IMG/VR virus record: IMGVR_UViG_3300006793_000026
Coordinates: 4,956-68,955 of that record
Source of the DNA: a virus
Direction: 5' to 3' (one strand)
Length of the DNA: 64,000 nt
Shown: positions 36,401-46,687 of the stretch, piece after piece
How positions within the stretch are numbered: the first letter of the stretch is position 1
Layout of the letters: each line of letters opens with the position of its first letter
Translations under genes and position numbers: made by a program
The notes under the pieces: model-generated
The model's input: only the letters and a program-made list of their open reading frames with translations
The model's database searches: none
What the model was told of the DNA's origin: nothing

Positions 36401-37150
36401 ATGGCGACTCCATCAAACCGTACTGACTTTAAAGAATTCGTTCTACGCTTCCTCGGTAAGGATGTGTTGGAAATTAACGTATCCGATGCTCAGGTTGAAG
36501 ACCGTATCGACGATGCCATTCAGTACTGGCAAGAGTTCCACGGTGACGCTGTCGTCGAAAGTTACTTTAAGACTCAATTGACTCAAACTGACATTGACAA
36601 CCAGTATATTACGGTTGGTAATGAGGTTGCTTATATCACGAAAGTCCTTCCTATCAATAACCGTTCTGGTTTTGACAGTGGGATGTTTAACATTGAATAC
36701 CAAATGCACTTGAACGACCTGTTCGACCTGTCATTCTCTGGTGGTGTTACGACATACGTTCAAGCTAAACAGTACCTTGGATTTCTTGATGACGTCTTTC
36801 AAGGCGTTGATCACTTCCAATACTCACTGTATGAAAACAAGGTATCGCTTCAAATCGACTGGGATAAAGACGTAAAAGTTGGTGATCACTTAATAACACG
36901 TGGCTATCGTTTCGTTGATCCTGATACAGCAACAAAGGCCTGGAATGACCGTTGGTTAAAAGCGTATGCTGCAGCCTTGATCCAAAAGCAGTGGGGTATG
37001 AACCTCATGAAGTTTAATGGTGTCTCTCTCATCGGCGGTGTTACCATGGATGGCTCGAGTATATTCAACGAGGGTAAAGAGCGTCAGGCTGAATTGGAAC
37101 AAGAAGTGAAGAACAGATACGAACCTCCTGTTGACTTCTTTATTGGGTAA
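36401..37150 (+). CDS. gp13: neck protein gp13
   Basis: LR.LG..V.EINV...QVEDRID.A, W.K.Y..ALI..QWG.NL.KF, GGVT..G; TATAAATA at 36376. Confidence 0.93.
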   Translation: MATPSNRTDFKEFVLRFLGKDVLEINVSDAQVEDRIDDAIQYWQEFHGDAVVESYFKTQLTQTDIDNQYITVGNEVAYITKVLPINNRSGFDSGMFNIEYQMHLNDLFDLSFSGGVTTYVQAKQYLGFLDDVFQGVDHFQYSLYENKVSLQIDWDKDVKVGDHLITRGYRFVDPDTATKAWNDRWLKAYAAALIQKQWGMNLMKFNGVSLIGGVTMDGSSIFNEGKERQAELEQEVKNRYEPPVDFFIG

Positions 37151-37155
37151 GTGAT

Positions 37156-38007
37156 ATGGCAATAAATCCTTACTTTACAGAAAGCGGTGGCGTTACGACT
37201 CAGAAGAGCCTTTATGAGGATCTTATCATTGAGGCGTTGAAGATATACGGCCAAACCTTTCATTACATTCCACGAGAAGTGTTGAACCACGACAAGCTCT
37301 TTGGTGAAGACCAGCTTGCACGTTTCGATGACGCATATGAAATCGAAATGTATATCGAGAATGAAAGCTTCGGTGATGGATCTGACCTGTTCCAGAAGTT
37401 TGGTGTTGAGATCCGCGATGAAGCAACAGTCGTCGTATCCAAGTCAAGATGGCTTCAAGAGGTCGTAACAGATGGCGGTGAGTCATTGACTCGACCAAGA
37501 GAAGGTGACCTTGTATACTTTGACTCTGCCAAAGCTTTGTTTGAGATCACGTTCGTTGAACACGAGAAACCATTCTATCAGTTGAACAACCTACCTGTAT
37601 ATAAACTAAATATCAGTCCGTTCGAGTATAGTGGTGAAGAGATGGACCTTGAGGCTATCGGGGTCGATGAGAAAGAATATGCATCGACGTATGTCGTTAC
37701 TGTAGCTGACGCTGCTGGTTACGCTGACGGTGAGACTGTGACTCAGACTGTTGGAACTACGACGGTCACCGGTGAGATCCAGTCGATCTCAGGTAATGAG
37801 ATTACTGTATCGAATGTATCGAATGATACATCTAGCTTTATCATCTTCTCGGCAGGTTCTGATCTTGTAGGTGCAACAAGCTCAACTGCCTCGAATGTTA
37901 CTGAGGTGGCTGCTCTTGAAGATCGCTACTCTGACAATAACGATATTGAATCTATAGCAGATGACATTACGGCGTTTGATGCATCGAATCCGTTCGGAGA
38001 CTTTTAA
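37156..38007 (+). CDS. gp14: neck protein gp14
   Basis: LYEDLIIE, Y.PRE, F..FG..IRDE, RP.EGDL, FEI.FVEHE.PFYQL, NPFG. Confidence 0.93.
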   Translation: MAINPYFTESGGVTTQKSLYEDLIIEALKIYGQTFHYIPREVLNHDKLFGEDQLARFDDAYEIEMYIENESFGDGSDLFQKFGVEIRDEATVVVSKSRWLQEVVTDGGESLTRPREGDLVYFDSAKALFEITFVEHEKPFYQLNNLPVYKLNISPFEYSGEEMDLEAIGVDEKEYASTYVVTVADAAGYADGETVTQTVGTTTVTGEIQSISGNEITVSNVSNDTSSFIIFSAGSDLVGATSSTASNVTEVAALEDRYSDNNDIESIADDITAFDASNPFGDF

Positions 38008-38771
38008 TGTACGGTCAGTATAGTTACAACTCACATATTCGAAAGCTAGTGGCACTGTTCGGTGACATGTTTAATAACATTTCAACGGCTCGTCAGGATA
38101 CGTCAGGTAACTTGACAAACCAAAAGCGGGTACCGCTGGCGTACGCACCACGTGAGTCATTCCTTGCAAGGCTTGAAGAAAACCCAGACCTGACTGATGA
38201 TCGCGTAGCCATATCGCTACCTCGTATGTCCTTTGAGATTACGGGTACTTTGACCTATGATGCACTGCGACAGCTGCCAAAAAATAATGTATGTCGTGTT
38301 ACTGACTCGAACGGTAGCCCGACAAAGATATATGCACCAGCTCCGTATATTATACCGTTTGAGCTGAACGTATATTCGAAAAACCAAGATGAGGCTCTGC
38401 AGATCGTTGAGCAGATCATACCATACTTTAAACCTTCGATCCGCCGTACGTATTATCCAATTGATGGTGAGACGTTTACTGACGAGGTTATCTTCCGGTT
38501 GGTCTCGGTTACCAAGGAAGACACATATGCAAACGACTTTACTAATAACCGTAAGATCATCTATACTATCATGTTTGATGCTCGTATAAATATCTTTGCA
38601 CGGGTAGACACTGACGCGTCGGTTATTCTTAACTCTATTGTTAACTTTACGACTGATGCAACTAAGGATACTAATGACCTTACGATTACTCAGTCTGTCA
38701 ATCCACAGAGTGCAACGGTACCAACTGATACACATACGATTGATATCACCTATAATTACGGATTCGAGTAA
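38007..38771 (+). CDS. gp15: tail sheath stabilizer gp15
   Basis: FG..FN, VPLAYAP, LPRMSFE, PY...F.L, QIVEQI.P.F.P. Confidence 0.93.
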   Translation: MYGQYSYNSHIRKLVALFGDMFNNISTARQDTSGNLTNQKRVPLAYAPRESFLARLEENPDLTDDRVAISLPRMSFEITGTLTYDALRQLPKNNVCRVTDSNGSPTKIYAPAPYIIPFELNVYSKNQDEALQIVEQIIPYFKPSIRRTYYPIDGETFTDEVIFRLVSVTKEDTYANDFTNNRKIIYTIMFDARINIFARVDTDASVILNSIVNFTTDATKDTNDLTITQSVNPQSATVPTDTHTIDITYNYGFE

Positions 38772-39259
38772 TGAACGAAGAAATGCTAGACGAAGGGTTT
38801 ATTGATAGCCTCAGGAAAATTATTGGTCCTGATAACTCTAACCTTATGGATGGCATAATTAAGTTCTTTGCTCAGACACTGACTCTTAAGAAGGCTGATA
38901 GAGCAGCGTCTCTTGAGAAAATGTCTAAAGCGTTTAGTGATACGTATAATAGTGAGTTCAAAAACATTGAAGCTGCGGTGACAAACCCTAGTCCTGAGAC
39001 ATTAGCAAAGGCTAGTAAGTCTATGGCTAAGTTGTCGACTGATGTTCTTCGTATGATAGGTCTTGGAGCTTTTGCGGCAGTTCCAATACCAGGCACTGGA
39101 CCGGCAACGGTTCTTGTTGCACATATGTTGTTAAAGAAAGTGACGGGTGATAAACTCGGTCTCATCCCTCCTTCGACGTATCAAACATTTCGTAAGTACC
39201 AAGAACTAAGTAAGCCAAAGACCGAGCGTAAGTCATTTAAAGAGTTCCGACGTGGATAA
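38771..39259 (+). CDS. hypothetical protein inserted between gp15 and gp16 (possible internal head protein)
   Basis: 162-aa coupled ORF; internal TATAAATA at 38585; N-terminal LDE and C-terminal KSFKEF. Confidence 0.6.
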   Translation: MNEEMLDEGFIDSLRKIIGPDNSNLMDGIIKFFAQTLTLKKADRAASLEKMSKAFSDTYNSEFKNIEAAVTNPSPETLAKASKSMAKLSTDVLRMIGLGAFAAVPIPGTGPATVLVAHMLLKKVTGDKLGLIPPSTYQTFRKYQELSKPKTERKSFKEFRRG

Positions 39260-39689
39260 CAAAGAAACTGCTAAGAAGATGATCGCCGAGATTAATGAGG
39301 CGGATGATCTCGAGAAGGATTACACTTTCTCGCGTGATACATATCATGAGCTAATTCAGGTATCCATTGATGCGATCCAAGACCTACAGCAACTCTCGAA
39401 GGATTCTGAACATCCTCGGGCGTTTGAAGTCTTGTTTAATGGTATCAAACATACCGCCGACATCAACAGTAAGTTAGTTGATCTACAACGTAAAGTTCAG
39501 GTCATTCAACAGGATGGTAAGACGACTGAACATCAGCCAGGAAGACAGGTTCTCAGTGAGGAAGATCCTTCCGCGCAGATTGCATTCCAAGGTACAACGC
39601 GTGAGTTGTTATCTGCTATTGATAATGTCAAAGCTGATATCATAGATGCCGAGTACGAAGATAACGATGACACAGAAGACCCATCATAA
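39252..39689 (+). CDS. gp16: terminase small subunit gp16
   Basis: DY..SR, SEHPRAFEV, F.G.T.EL. Confidence 0.9.
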   Translation: MDNKETAKKMIAEINEADDLEKDYTFSRDTYHELIQVSIDAIQDLQQLSKDSEHPRAFEVLFNGIKHTADINSKLVDLQRKVQVIQQDGKTTEHQPGRQVLSEEDPSAQIAFQGTTRELLSAIDNVKADIIDAEYEDNDDTEDPS

Positions 39690-41319
39690 TCGCCAGATAA
39701 AAGACGCCTATCTCGGAAATCCCAACATCAAACGTGATGGGGTTGAACACTCGTTTACGCAAGCTGAACTTGAAGAGTACCTAAAGTGTAAGGCAGATCC
39801 TGAGTACTTTGCCGAGAAGTACATTAAGGTTATCCATATCGATCACGGTCTTGTGCCATTCAAGCCATATCCGTATCAGAAAGAGTTGTTCAAATCGTTT
39901 AACGAGAATCGATTCTCGGTTGTCCTTGCGTGTCGGCAGTCGGGTAAGTCTATCTCGACCTGTGCATATCTGCTATGGTACTCGCTCTTTCATTCTGAAA
40001 AGCTCGTGGCAATCCTTGCCAACAAGGCCGCAACCGCGAAGGAGATGTTATCTCGTATTACCTTGATGCTTGAGAACCTACCATTCTTCCTGCAGCCTGG
40101 CTGTAAAGCGTTGAACAAAGGTAGTATCGAGTTCTCAAACAATACTCGTATGGAAGCTCACGCAACGTCGTCGTCTTCTATTCGTGGTAAGTCTGTCAGT
40201 CTTCTATATCTCGATGAGTTTGCGTTTGTCGATAATGATACTGAGTTCTACACTTCAACATATCCAGTTGTTTCGTCAGGTAAGACCTCACGTGTTATTA
40301 TCACATCGACCGCCAATGGCATTGGCAATATGTTCCACAAAATATACGAAGGTGCTGTACAAGGTACCAACGAATTTAAGGCATGTCGCGTTGATTGGTG
40401 GGACGTTCCTGGCCGTGATGAGAAGTGGAAAGAACAAACAATCTCGAACACCTCACAGGAACAGTTCGAACAGGAATTCGGTAACTCGTTTGGTCGGGGT
40501 ACTGGTAAAACACTTATTGCTCCCGCTGCACTCTTGGCACTCCGGGCGATCAACCCCGTTGAGATCAAAGGTGATACACACATATACTCGCGTCCTATTG
40601 AAGGTCATCAATACGTGATGACAATTGATACTGCTAAAGGTCGTGGACAAGACTACTCTGCATTCTCGGTTATTGATGTTACCGAGGTACCATTTAAGCA
40701 GGTTGCGGTCTTTAGAAATAACATGGTCTCGCCACTTATATACCCTGACTTCGTTTACAAGATGGCTGTTTATTACAACAATGCTTATCTTGTGGTCGAA
40801 TCAAATGACCAGGGATCTATGGTATGGAGAGCATTACGTTACGAGTTTGAGTATGAAAATATGTATGTTGGTAAGGTTGCCAATGGTACTACGTTTGGCC
40901 TTGAACAGACTCGTAAGACAAAAAGAATTGGTTGTTCGAATCTCAAGGATCTTATCGAAGAGGGTAAGCTTGAGCTCCAAGACGCTGAGACCATTCGTGA
41001 ACTAGGTACGTTCGAAGCTCGTAAGACATCTTACGAAGCCTCGCCTGGTAACCACGATGACTTGGTCATGACTCTTGTCATGTTTGGGTTCTTCGCGACA
41101 ACTAATATGTTTGGTTATGTGGCTGATGAAAACCTTCGCGATATGATGTTACAAGAAAAAGATCGCCTGATTGCGGACTCGGTTCCCTTCCTTGGTTCTA
41201 TTCAAGATGGAGACCTAGATCGTGACGTCGTATTCCAGGCACAAGAAGACGACTATGGTGATTTTGCAGTCCAATTCAAACGGGACGATGTATTCGGTAT
41301 AATTATCGAAGAGTCATAG
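39667..41319 (+). CDS. gp17: terminase large subunit gp17
   Basis: YLGNPN, RQSGKS, ILANK, LDEFAF, STANG, D...G.GQDYS, HDDLVM. Confidence 0.96.
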   Translation: MTQKTHHNRQIKDAYLGNPNIKRDGVEHSFTQAELEEYLKCKADPEYFAEKYIKVIHIDHGLVPFKPYPYQKELFKSFNENRFSVVLACRQSGKSISTCAYLLWYSLFHSEKLVAILANKAATAKEMLSRITLMLENLPFFLQPGCKALNKGSIEFSNNTRMEAHATSSSSIRGKSVSLLYLDEFAFVDNDTEFYTSTYPVVSSGKTSRVIITSTANGIGNMFHKIYEGAVQGTNEFKACRVDWWDVPGRDEKWKEQTISNTSQEQFEQEFGNSFGRGTGKTLIAPAALLALRAINPVEIKGDTHIYSRPIEGHQYVMTIDTAKGRGQDYSAFSVIDVTEVPFKQVAVFRNNMVSPLIYPDFVYKMAVYYNNAYLVVESNDQGSMVWRALRYEFEYENMYVGKVANGTTFGLEQTRKTKRIGCSNLKDLIEEGKLELQDAETIRELGTFEARKTSYEASPGNHDDLVMTLVMFGFFATTNMFGYVADENLRDMMLQEKDRLIADSVPFLGSIQDGDLDRDVVFQAQEDDYGDFAVQFKRDDVFGIIIEES

Positions 41320-41332
41320 GAATTGTACAACG

Positions 41333-41340
41333 TATAAATA
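41333..41340 (+). promoter_or_regulatory. late promoter
   Basis: Intergenic TATAAATA. Confidence 0.85.
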
Positions 41341-41430
41341 CTTTATTACAATTCGTTGCAACGTGAAATTCTTATTATGACTCATCGTTATATTGCCATA
41401 TCATATAAAGCTAAAATAAGGAAAAGCTAA

Positions 41431-43128
41431 ATGCCCTTGAATCGAGTATCTCCTGGGGTCAGTGTTGCCGAGATCGATCTTACGACTCGCGCGCCAGCTG
41501 TCTCCACCTCTATTGGTGGTTTTGTTGGTAACTTCCGTTGGGGTCCAGTTGAAGAAATTACAACTGTATCTTCTGAGAATGACGTTCTCAATAAGTTCGG
41601 AACACCTACTGCCGCTACAACAATCGACTTCCACGTCCTTGCACAGTTCTTAAGCTACAGCAACAATGCTGAAGTTATTCGTGTCATCGACGGTGACGGT
41701 AACAATGCAAACGCCGGTGGCGATGATGACTGTGTTGTTAAGAACCGTACCAACTATGACGCACAGACATTCACACTTGGAACCGAAGGCCACTGGGTTG
41801 CTAAATACCCTGGCGCTCTCGGTAACTCTCTGAAGGTTGAAGTCTTCGGTTTTAAAACCGACACTGGAACAACACAAACTAACTTTGATGCATGGACATA
41901 CAACGGACGTTTTGATGGTCCTCCAGCAACGTCAGATTATGCATCTACACGTGGTTCATCTAACGACGAAATCCACGTCATCGTAATCGACGAAGATGGT
42001 CTCATCAGCGGAACCCCTGGTTCTGTCCTGGAAGTCTTCCCGTATCTTTCACAAGCATCCGACAGTAAAGACGCGTTCGGTGCTGCTAACTACTATAAGA
42101 CTGTCATCAATGAAAACAGTTCGTATATCTGGTTTGGTGCGACAGACTCTACTAACTTTGCTAACGCTGGTTCGCCGGCTACTTCTGCACTTAACTACGA
42201 AGTCACTCCTGCGAGCGGTGTTGTTTCAACAGCGTTGACTGCGGGTGCAGACTCTGGTGCAATTGACTCTGCAGAGTATGCAACTGGTTTTGCACTGTTT
42301 GACGATCCAGCTCAGTCTGACGTCTCTATCCTCATTGGCCCTGACTTCCCAGTCGGTTCTGGTGTAACGATTGCTAATGACATTATTGCGACAGTCGAAG
42401 GCCGTAAGGATTGTGTATGTACTATCTCACCTGAGCGTACTGACGATACTGCAGCAGAGATTAAAGCATTCATGGATCAGGTCACCTCTTCCACATATGC
42501 AATCTGTGACTCAGGTCGTCTGACTGTCTTTGACCGTTTCAACGACGCTCTGATTAACATCCCAGCATCTGGTTCGGTTGCAGGTCTTATGGCTGAAACT
42601 GACCGTACACGTGGATCGTTCTTCTCACCTGCTGGCTTCCGTCGTGGTCAAGTACGTAACGTTGTCAAGCTTGCTTACAACCCTGTCGAAGCTGATCGTG
42701 ACACATTGTACAAAGCCGGCATTAACCCAATCGTTTCTTTCCCAGGTGAAGGTACGGTTCTGTTTGGTGACAAGACTCACACCGGTCGCCCATCTGCTTT
42801 CGATCGTATCAACGTACGTCGTCTCTTTATCCTTCTTGAGAAGAGCATTCGCATTGCAGCTCGTGACACCTTGTTTGAGTTCAACAACGAGTTCACAAGA
42901 GCTCAGTTCACAAGCATCGTTGAGCCTTTCCTACGTACCATACAGGGTCTGCAAGGTATCACCAACTTTGCGGTTGTCTGTGATGAAACCAACAACACTG
43001 GTGACGTTGTAGATCGTAACGAGTTTGTTGCAGACATCTATGTTCAGCCTGCACGTTCGATTAACTACATTCAGCTTAACTTCGTTGCGACACGTACTGG
43101 TGTTGCTTTCGAAACCGTTATATCTTAA
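41431..43128 (+). CDS. gp18: tail sheath gp18
   Basis: SPGV...EIDLT, F.WGP, SPAG..RG, GDKT, FDRINVRRLF, CDETNN, PARSIN. Confidence 0.96.
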   Translation: MPLNRVSPGVSVAEIDLTTRAPAVSTSIGGFVGNFRWGPVEEITTVSSENDVLNKFGTPTAATTIDFHVLAQFLSYSNNAEVIRVIDGDGNNANAGGDDDCVVKNRTNYDAQTFTLGTEGHWVAKYPGALGNSLKVEVFGFKTDTGTTQTNFDAWTYNGRFDGPPATSDYASTRGSSNDEIHVIVIDEDGLISGTPGSVLEVFPYLSQASDSKDAFGAANYYKTVINENSSYIWFGATDSTNFANAGSPATSALNYEVTPASGVVSTALTAGADSGAIDSAEYATGFALFDDPAQSDVSILIGPDFPVGSGVTIANDIIATVEGRKDCVCTISPERTDDTAAEIKAFMDQVTSSTYAICDSGRLTVFDRFNDALINIPASGSVAGLMAETDRTRGSFFSPAGFRRGQVRNVVKLAYNPVEADRDTLYKAGINPIVSFPGEGTVLFGDKTHTGRPSAFDRINVRRLFILLEKSIRIAARDTLFEFNNEFTRAQFTSIVEPFLRTIQGLQGITNFAVVCDETNNTGDVVDRNEFVADIYVQPARSINYIQLNFVATRTGVAFETVIS

Positions 43129-43138
43129 GGAGACCTAA

Positions 43139-43672
43139 ATGACTCTCAATATCAACAGCTTTAAGTCTCAGTTGGTTGATGGCGGCGCGCGCGGTAATTT
43201 ATTCCGCGTCGTTGTCAACTTCCCGGGATTCGTCGGTGGGGACGTCGAAAAGACTTCGTTCCTATGTCGAGCGACTTCAATCCCAGGTGCCCAGGTCGGA
43301 ACGGTCAACGTTCCATTCCGTGGTCGTCAGCTTAAGCTTCCGGGTGATCGTACATTCGCACCTTGGACTGCTACATTCTATAACGATGCTGCCTTCGACG
43401 TACATACAGCGTTTGTTCGCTGGCAGGACGGCATGAACGGCTTCTCTACAAACACTGGCTTCACTAACCCTGAGTCTATGTTTGTGGACATCAAAGTTCA
43501 ACAACTTGACCGTAAAGAGAATGTCATCAAGGAGTTCCTTATTGAGGACGCTTGGCCATCACTCGTAGCTGCGATCGATCTGACATATGAGCAGACAGAA
43601 CAGATCGAACAGTTCCAGGTGACCTTCGAGTACCTTCAGTGGACTACCATTGACACGACCGGACAGGTCTAA
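43139..43672 (+). CDS. gp19: tail tube gp19
   Basis: GGAR.NLF, VPFRGR.LK.PGDRTF..W, QLDR, WP, IE.F.V.F.Y. Confidence 0.95.
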   Translation: MTLNINSFKSQLVDGGARGNLFRVVVNFPGFVGGDVEKTSFLCRATSIPGAQVGTVNVPFRGRQLKLPGDRTFAPWTATFYNDAAFDVHTAFVRWQDGMNGFSTNTGFTNPESMFVDIKVQQLDRKENVIKEFLIEDAWPSLVAAIDLTYEQTEQIEQFQVTFEYLQWTTIDTTGQV

Positions 43673-43679
43673 AAAACGT

Positions 43680-43720
43680 TATAAATAAGGGTGTGAGGAT
43701 TCTTCTTCACATCCTTATTT
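43680..43720 (+). promoter_or_regulatory. late promoter overlapping a 17-bp hairpin (terminator-like)
   Basis: TATAAATA 43680-43687; stem 43683-43699/43704-43720. Confidence 0.8.
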
Positions 43721-43736
43721 TGATGAAAGAGTTATA

Positions 43737-45548
43737 ATGGCAATCGATCCACGACATACACAAAAAGGAAATAAAGAACTCGATACCGAAGCGGCCAGAA
43801 AGGAACGTAAGGATAATGAGTTCTTTGGCTTTGAAGTAAAAGGTGACAAGTCTGCACCTGACTCGGCCAAGTCCTTTATTCCTCCACAGGAAGAGAACGA
43901 TGCATCAGAAGTTATGTACGGCGGTGCCGGTGGCTTCTATGGTCAGACACTTGATACCCGTGGTGATAACTATGCCAGTGAACGTGACCTTGTTGCTAAG
44001 TACCGCAACGCTTCAATGCAGCCTGAAGTTGATGCTGCTATCCAAGAAATTGTAAACGAAACCATCGTCAATAACGATGAAGATCTACCGCTTTCCCTCA
44101 ACCTTGACCATCTCGATCTCGATGACGACGTGAAGGATAAACTTCACGATGAGTTCTCTGAGATCTTGAAAAAGCTTGACTTCCGTAAGTACGGTTCAGA
44201 TATCTTCCGTCGTTGGTATGTTGACGGCAAAATCGTTTACCACATTGTCATCGACCTAGACAATCCAAAAAAAGGTATCATAGATTTACGACCGATCAAT
44301 CCTACTCATATTCGTAAGATTAAAGAGATCGAAAAGGAAACGGACCCACGTACGGGTGCTGAGTTCATCAAGGGTATTGATGAGTATTACATCTATGCTG
44401 AGGATCAATATAAAAATAACAGCTCGGCTAATACGTTTGCGTCACAGGTAAGTGGGTCAGCTACGAGCGGTCTTAAACTTGCTAAGGACGCAGTTGCATA
44501 TGTCACCTCCGGTTTGACCGATGCATCAAAGACCGTATCATTATCTTATATCCATAAGGCACTACGCTGTATCAACCAACTTCGTATGATGGAAGATGCA
44601 CTGATTGTGTATCGTACTGTTCGCGCGCCGGAGCGTCGTATCTTCTCGATTGACGTCGGCGATATGCCGAAGAAGCAAGCCGAAGAATATATCTCTAACT
44701 TGATGTCGAAGTATAAGAACAAGATCACATATGATGCCGAGACCGGTGAGATTAATTCTAACCGCCATCATCAGCATATGCTCGAAGACTTCTGGCTTCC
44801 TAAGACTGCTGGTGGTAAAGGTACAGAGGTATCTACACTTGCCGGTGGTGAAAACCTTGGTAACATTACCGATGTTGAGTACTTCCAGCAACGTCTGTAT
44901 AAAGCGCTAAACGTTCCTATCGGCCGACTAACACCGAGTGAACAGTCATTCTCTATCGGTAGGAACGGCGAGATTGACCGTGAAGAGATTCGCTTCCAGA
45001 AGTTTATCGATCGTCTACGCGTTCGGTTTGCGCAGTTGTTCAAAGAACTACTTCGTACTCAGCTACTTTTGAAAGGTATTATGAAAGAACACGAATGGGA
45101 AGATGTTCGTGAAAATCTCATTGTTGACTATAACCGTGATAACTACTATTCAGAACTGAAAGACGCTGAGATCTTAAAAGAGCGTATCACGATGCTCAAA
45201 GATCTTGGGTTCAATCCAACTGAGTTCTTCTCGCGTGAATATATCCGTAAGCATGTCCTTAAGCAGACTGACGAAGAGGTCGAAAAGATTAAGGCTGAGA
45301 TGCGTCAAGAGTATATCAACAATGACAACCTGTTCAAGAAGATGGGTGGTGAAGGTGATGATATTGGTGCCGATGACTTCGGTGGCGGTGGACTTGACGC
45401 TATAGGTGACGACTTCGGTGATCTCGGTGGAGACGCCGGTGCCCCTGAGGGTGACGAAGAGTTCGAAGTCGGTCAACCAACCGGAGCGGCAACCGATATC
45501 GAAGATGAGGATGACAGTATTCCTGAAATTGATATTGATAATCTATAA
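43737..45548 (+). CDS. gp20: portal protein gp20
   Basis: PEVD.AI..IVNE, WYVDG, NQLRMMEDA..YR..RAPERR.F, EDFWLP, L.GG.NLG; acidic tail. Confidence 0.96.
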   Translation: MAIDPRHTQKGNKELDTEAARKERKDNEFFGFEVKGDKSAPDSAKSFIPPQEENDASEVMYGGAGGFYGQTLDTRGDNYASERDLVAKYRNASMQPEVDAAIQEIVNETIVNNDEDLPLSLNLDHLDLDDDVKDKLHDEFSEILKKLDFRKYGSDIFRRWYVDGKIVYHIVIDLDNPKKGIIDLRPINPTHIRKIKEIEKETDPRTGAEFIKGIDEYYIYAEDQYKNNSSANTFASQVSGSATSGLKLAKDAVAYVTSGLTDASKTVSLSYIHKALRCINQLRMMEDALIVYRTVRAPERRIFSIDVGDMPKKQAEEYISNLMSKYKNKITYDAETGEINSNRHHQHMLEDFWLPKTAGGKGTEVSTLAGGENLGNITDVEYFQQRLYKALNVPIGRLTPSEQSFSIGRNGEIDREEIRFQKFIDRLRVRFAQLFKELLRTQLLLKGIMKEHEWEDVRENLIVDYNRDNYYSELKDAEILKERITMLKDLGFNPTEFFSREYIRKHVLKQTDEEVEKIKAEMRQEYINNDNLFKKMGGEGDDIGADDFGGGGLDAIGDDFGDLGGDAGAPEGDEEFEVGQPTGAATDIEDEDDSIPEIDIDNL

Positions 45549-45594
45549 AACTTAAATCGTATAAATACATTATTGGGACAAATAGGAACCTATT

Positions 45595-46038
45595 ATGAAC
45601 TTAAGACTCGTTAAAAACGTCGAAGGTACAGAGTTCTATCGTAGAGATATGAGCAAAATAGCTTACTGGCTTATAGGTGCTGGCAAGAAGATAGTCGGTA
45701 CTCTTAGTTTCTCGGGTGGTGGTCTAACAGATGATCCTTACTTTAAACTGGATATGGCGGAAGACCCAAAAGATGGTGAGGAGCTTCGGCAGTCAGAAGT
45801 TATTAAGATGTTTGGCCAACCCCAGACAGGTCAAAACGAAATGAAAGAATCAATTGAAATGAGTGAAGACACACGTAATGAAGCTACTGTCAGTAGCGTT
45901 ATAAATATGATAAGGCAAGGCAATAACTTAAAAGCCGAAGAAGCCTTTAAAGTTGTTATGGACCAGAAAATCGGTGCAGCAGTCAGAGCTAAGACTCCTG
46001 AAGTTGCACAGTCTATGTTCAACAGTAAAGAAAGATAA
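45595..46038 (+). CDS. prohead core protein (gp67-like C-terminus)
   Basis: Between gp20 and gp21; A...F...M..K......VA.SMF; TATAAATA at 45560. Confidence 0.6.
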   Translation: MNLRLVKNVEGTEFYRRDMSKIAYWLIGAGKKIVGTLSFSGGGLTDDPYFKLDMAEDPKDGEELRQSEVIKMFGQPQTGQNEMKESIEMSEDTRNEATVSSVINMIRQGNNLKAEEAFKVVMDQKIGAAVRAKTPEVAQSMFNSKER

Positions 46039-46044
46039 GAAGAT

Positions 46045-46677
46045 ATGAAACTTATTACCGATGCAAATCTTATCACCGAAGCTAAAGTCGATGAGCGCAC
46101 CGGTGATGTTTATATCGAAGGCGTTTTTATGCAGACGAAGCCTAACCGCAATAAGCGGAAGTACTCGTTGGATCTGCTAAAGAATGCCGTTAATGAATAT
46201 GTAGAGAGACAGGTTAAGACTGGTCGGGCCGTCGGTGAACTGAACCACCCCGACTCACCTATTGTCGACTACAAAAATGTTTCTCATCGCATCCTTTCCC
46301 TAGAATGGCAAGGAGAAAATGTGATGGGGAAAGCGCTTATATTGAATACACCTAGTGGACAGATCGTTAAGGGTCTGCTCGAAGGCGGTGTTCAGCTGGG
46401 CGTTTCTTCTCGTGGTATGGGTACTTTGGGACAGCCCGACAAGGATGGTATTGCACCAGTCAATGATGACTTTAACCTTGTTACCATCGATATCGTTCAA
46501 GACCCTTCAGCACCAGATGCTTTTGTAAATGGCATCAACGAAAGTGTTGAGTGGTATCAGAACAATAAAGGTGTATGGCAGTCGCGAAATGTTGAAATAA
46601 AAGAAAATGAGACTGAGCTTGTAAGTGAAAACACGAAACTTCGTGATATGAAACAGCTCCTCTCGAGTCTTATTTAG
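46045..46677 (+). CDS. gp21: prohead protease gp21
   Basis: IEGVFMQ, NRN.R.Y, GELNHP, GVSSRGMG, DIV.DPSAPDA.V. Confidence 0.95.
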   Translation: MKLITDANLITEAKVDERTGDVYIEGVFMQTKPNRNKRKYSLDLLKNAVNEYVERQVKTGRAVGELNHPDSPIVDYKNVSHRILSLEWQGENVMGKALILNTPSGQIVKGLLEGGVQLGVSSRGMGTLGQPDKDGIAPVNDDFNLVTIDIVQDPSAPDAFVNGINESVEWYQNNKGVWQSRNVEIKENETELVSENTKLRDMKQLLSSLI

Positions 46678-46687
46678 GAGCATTATA

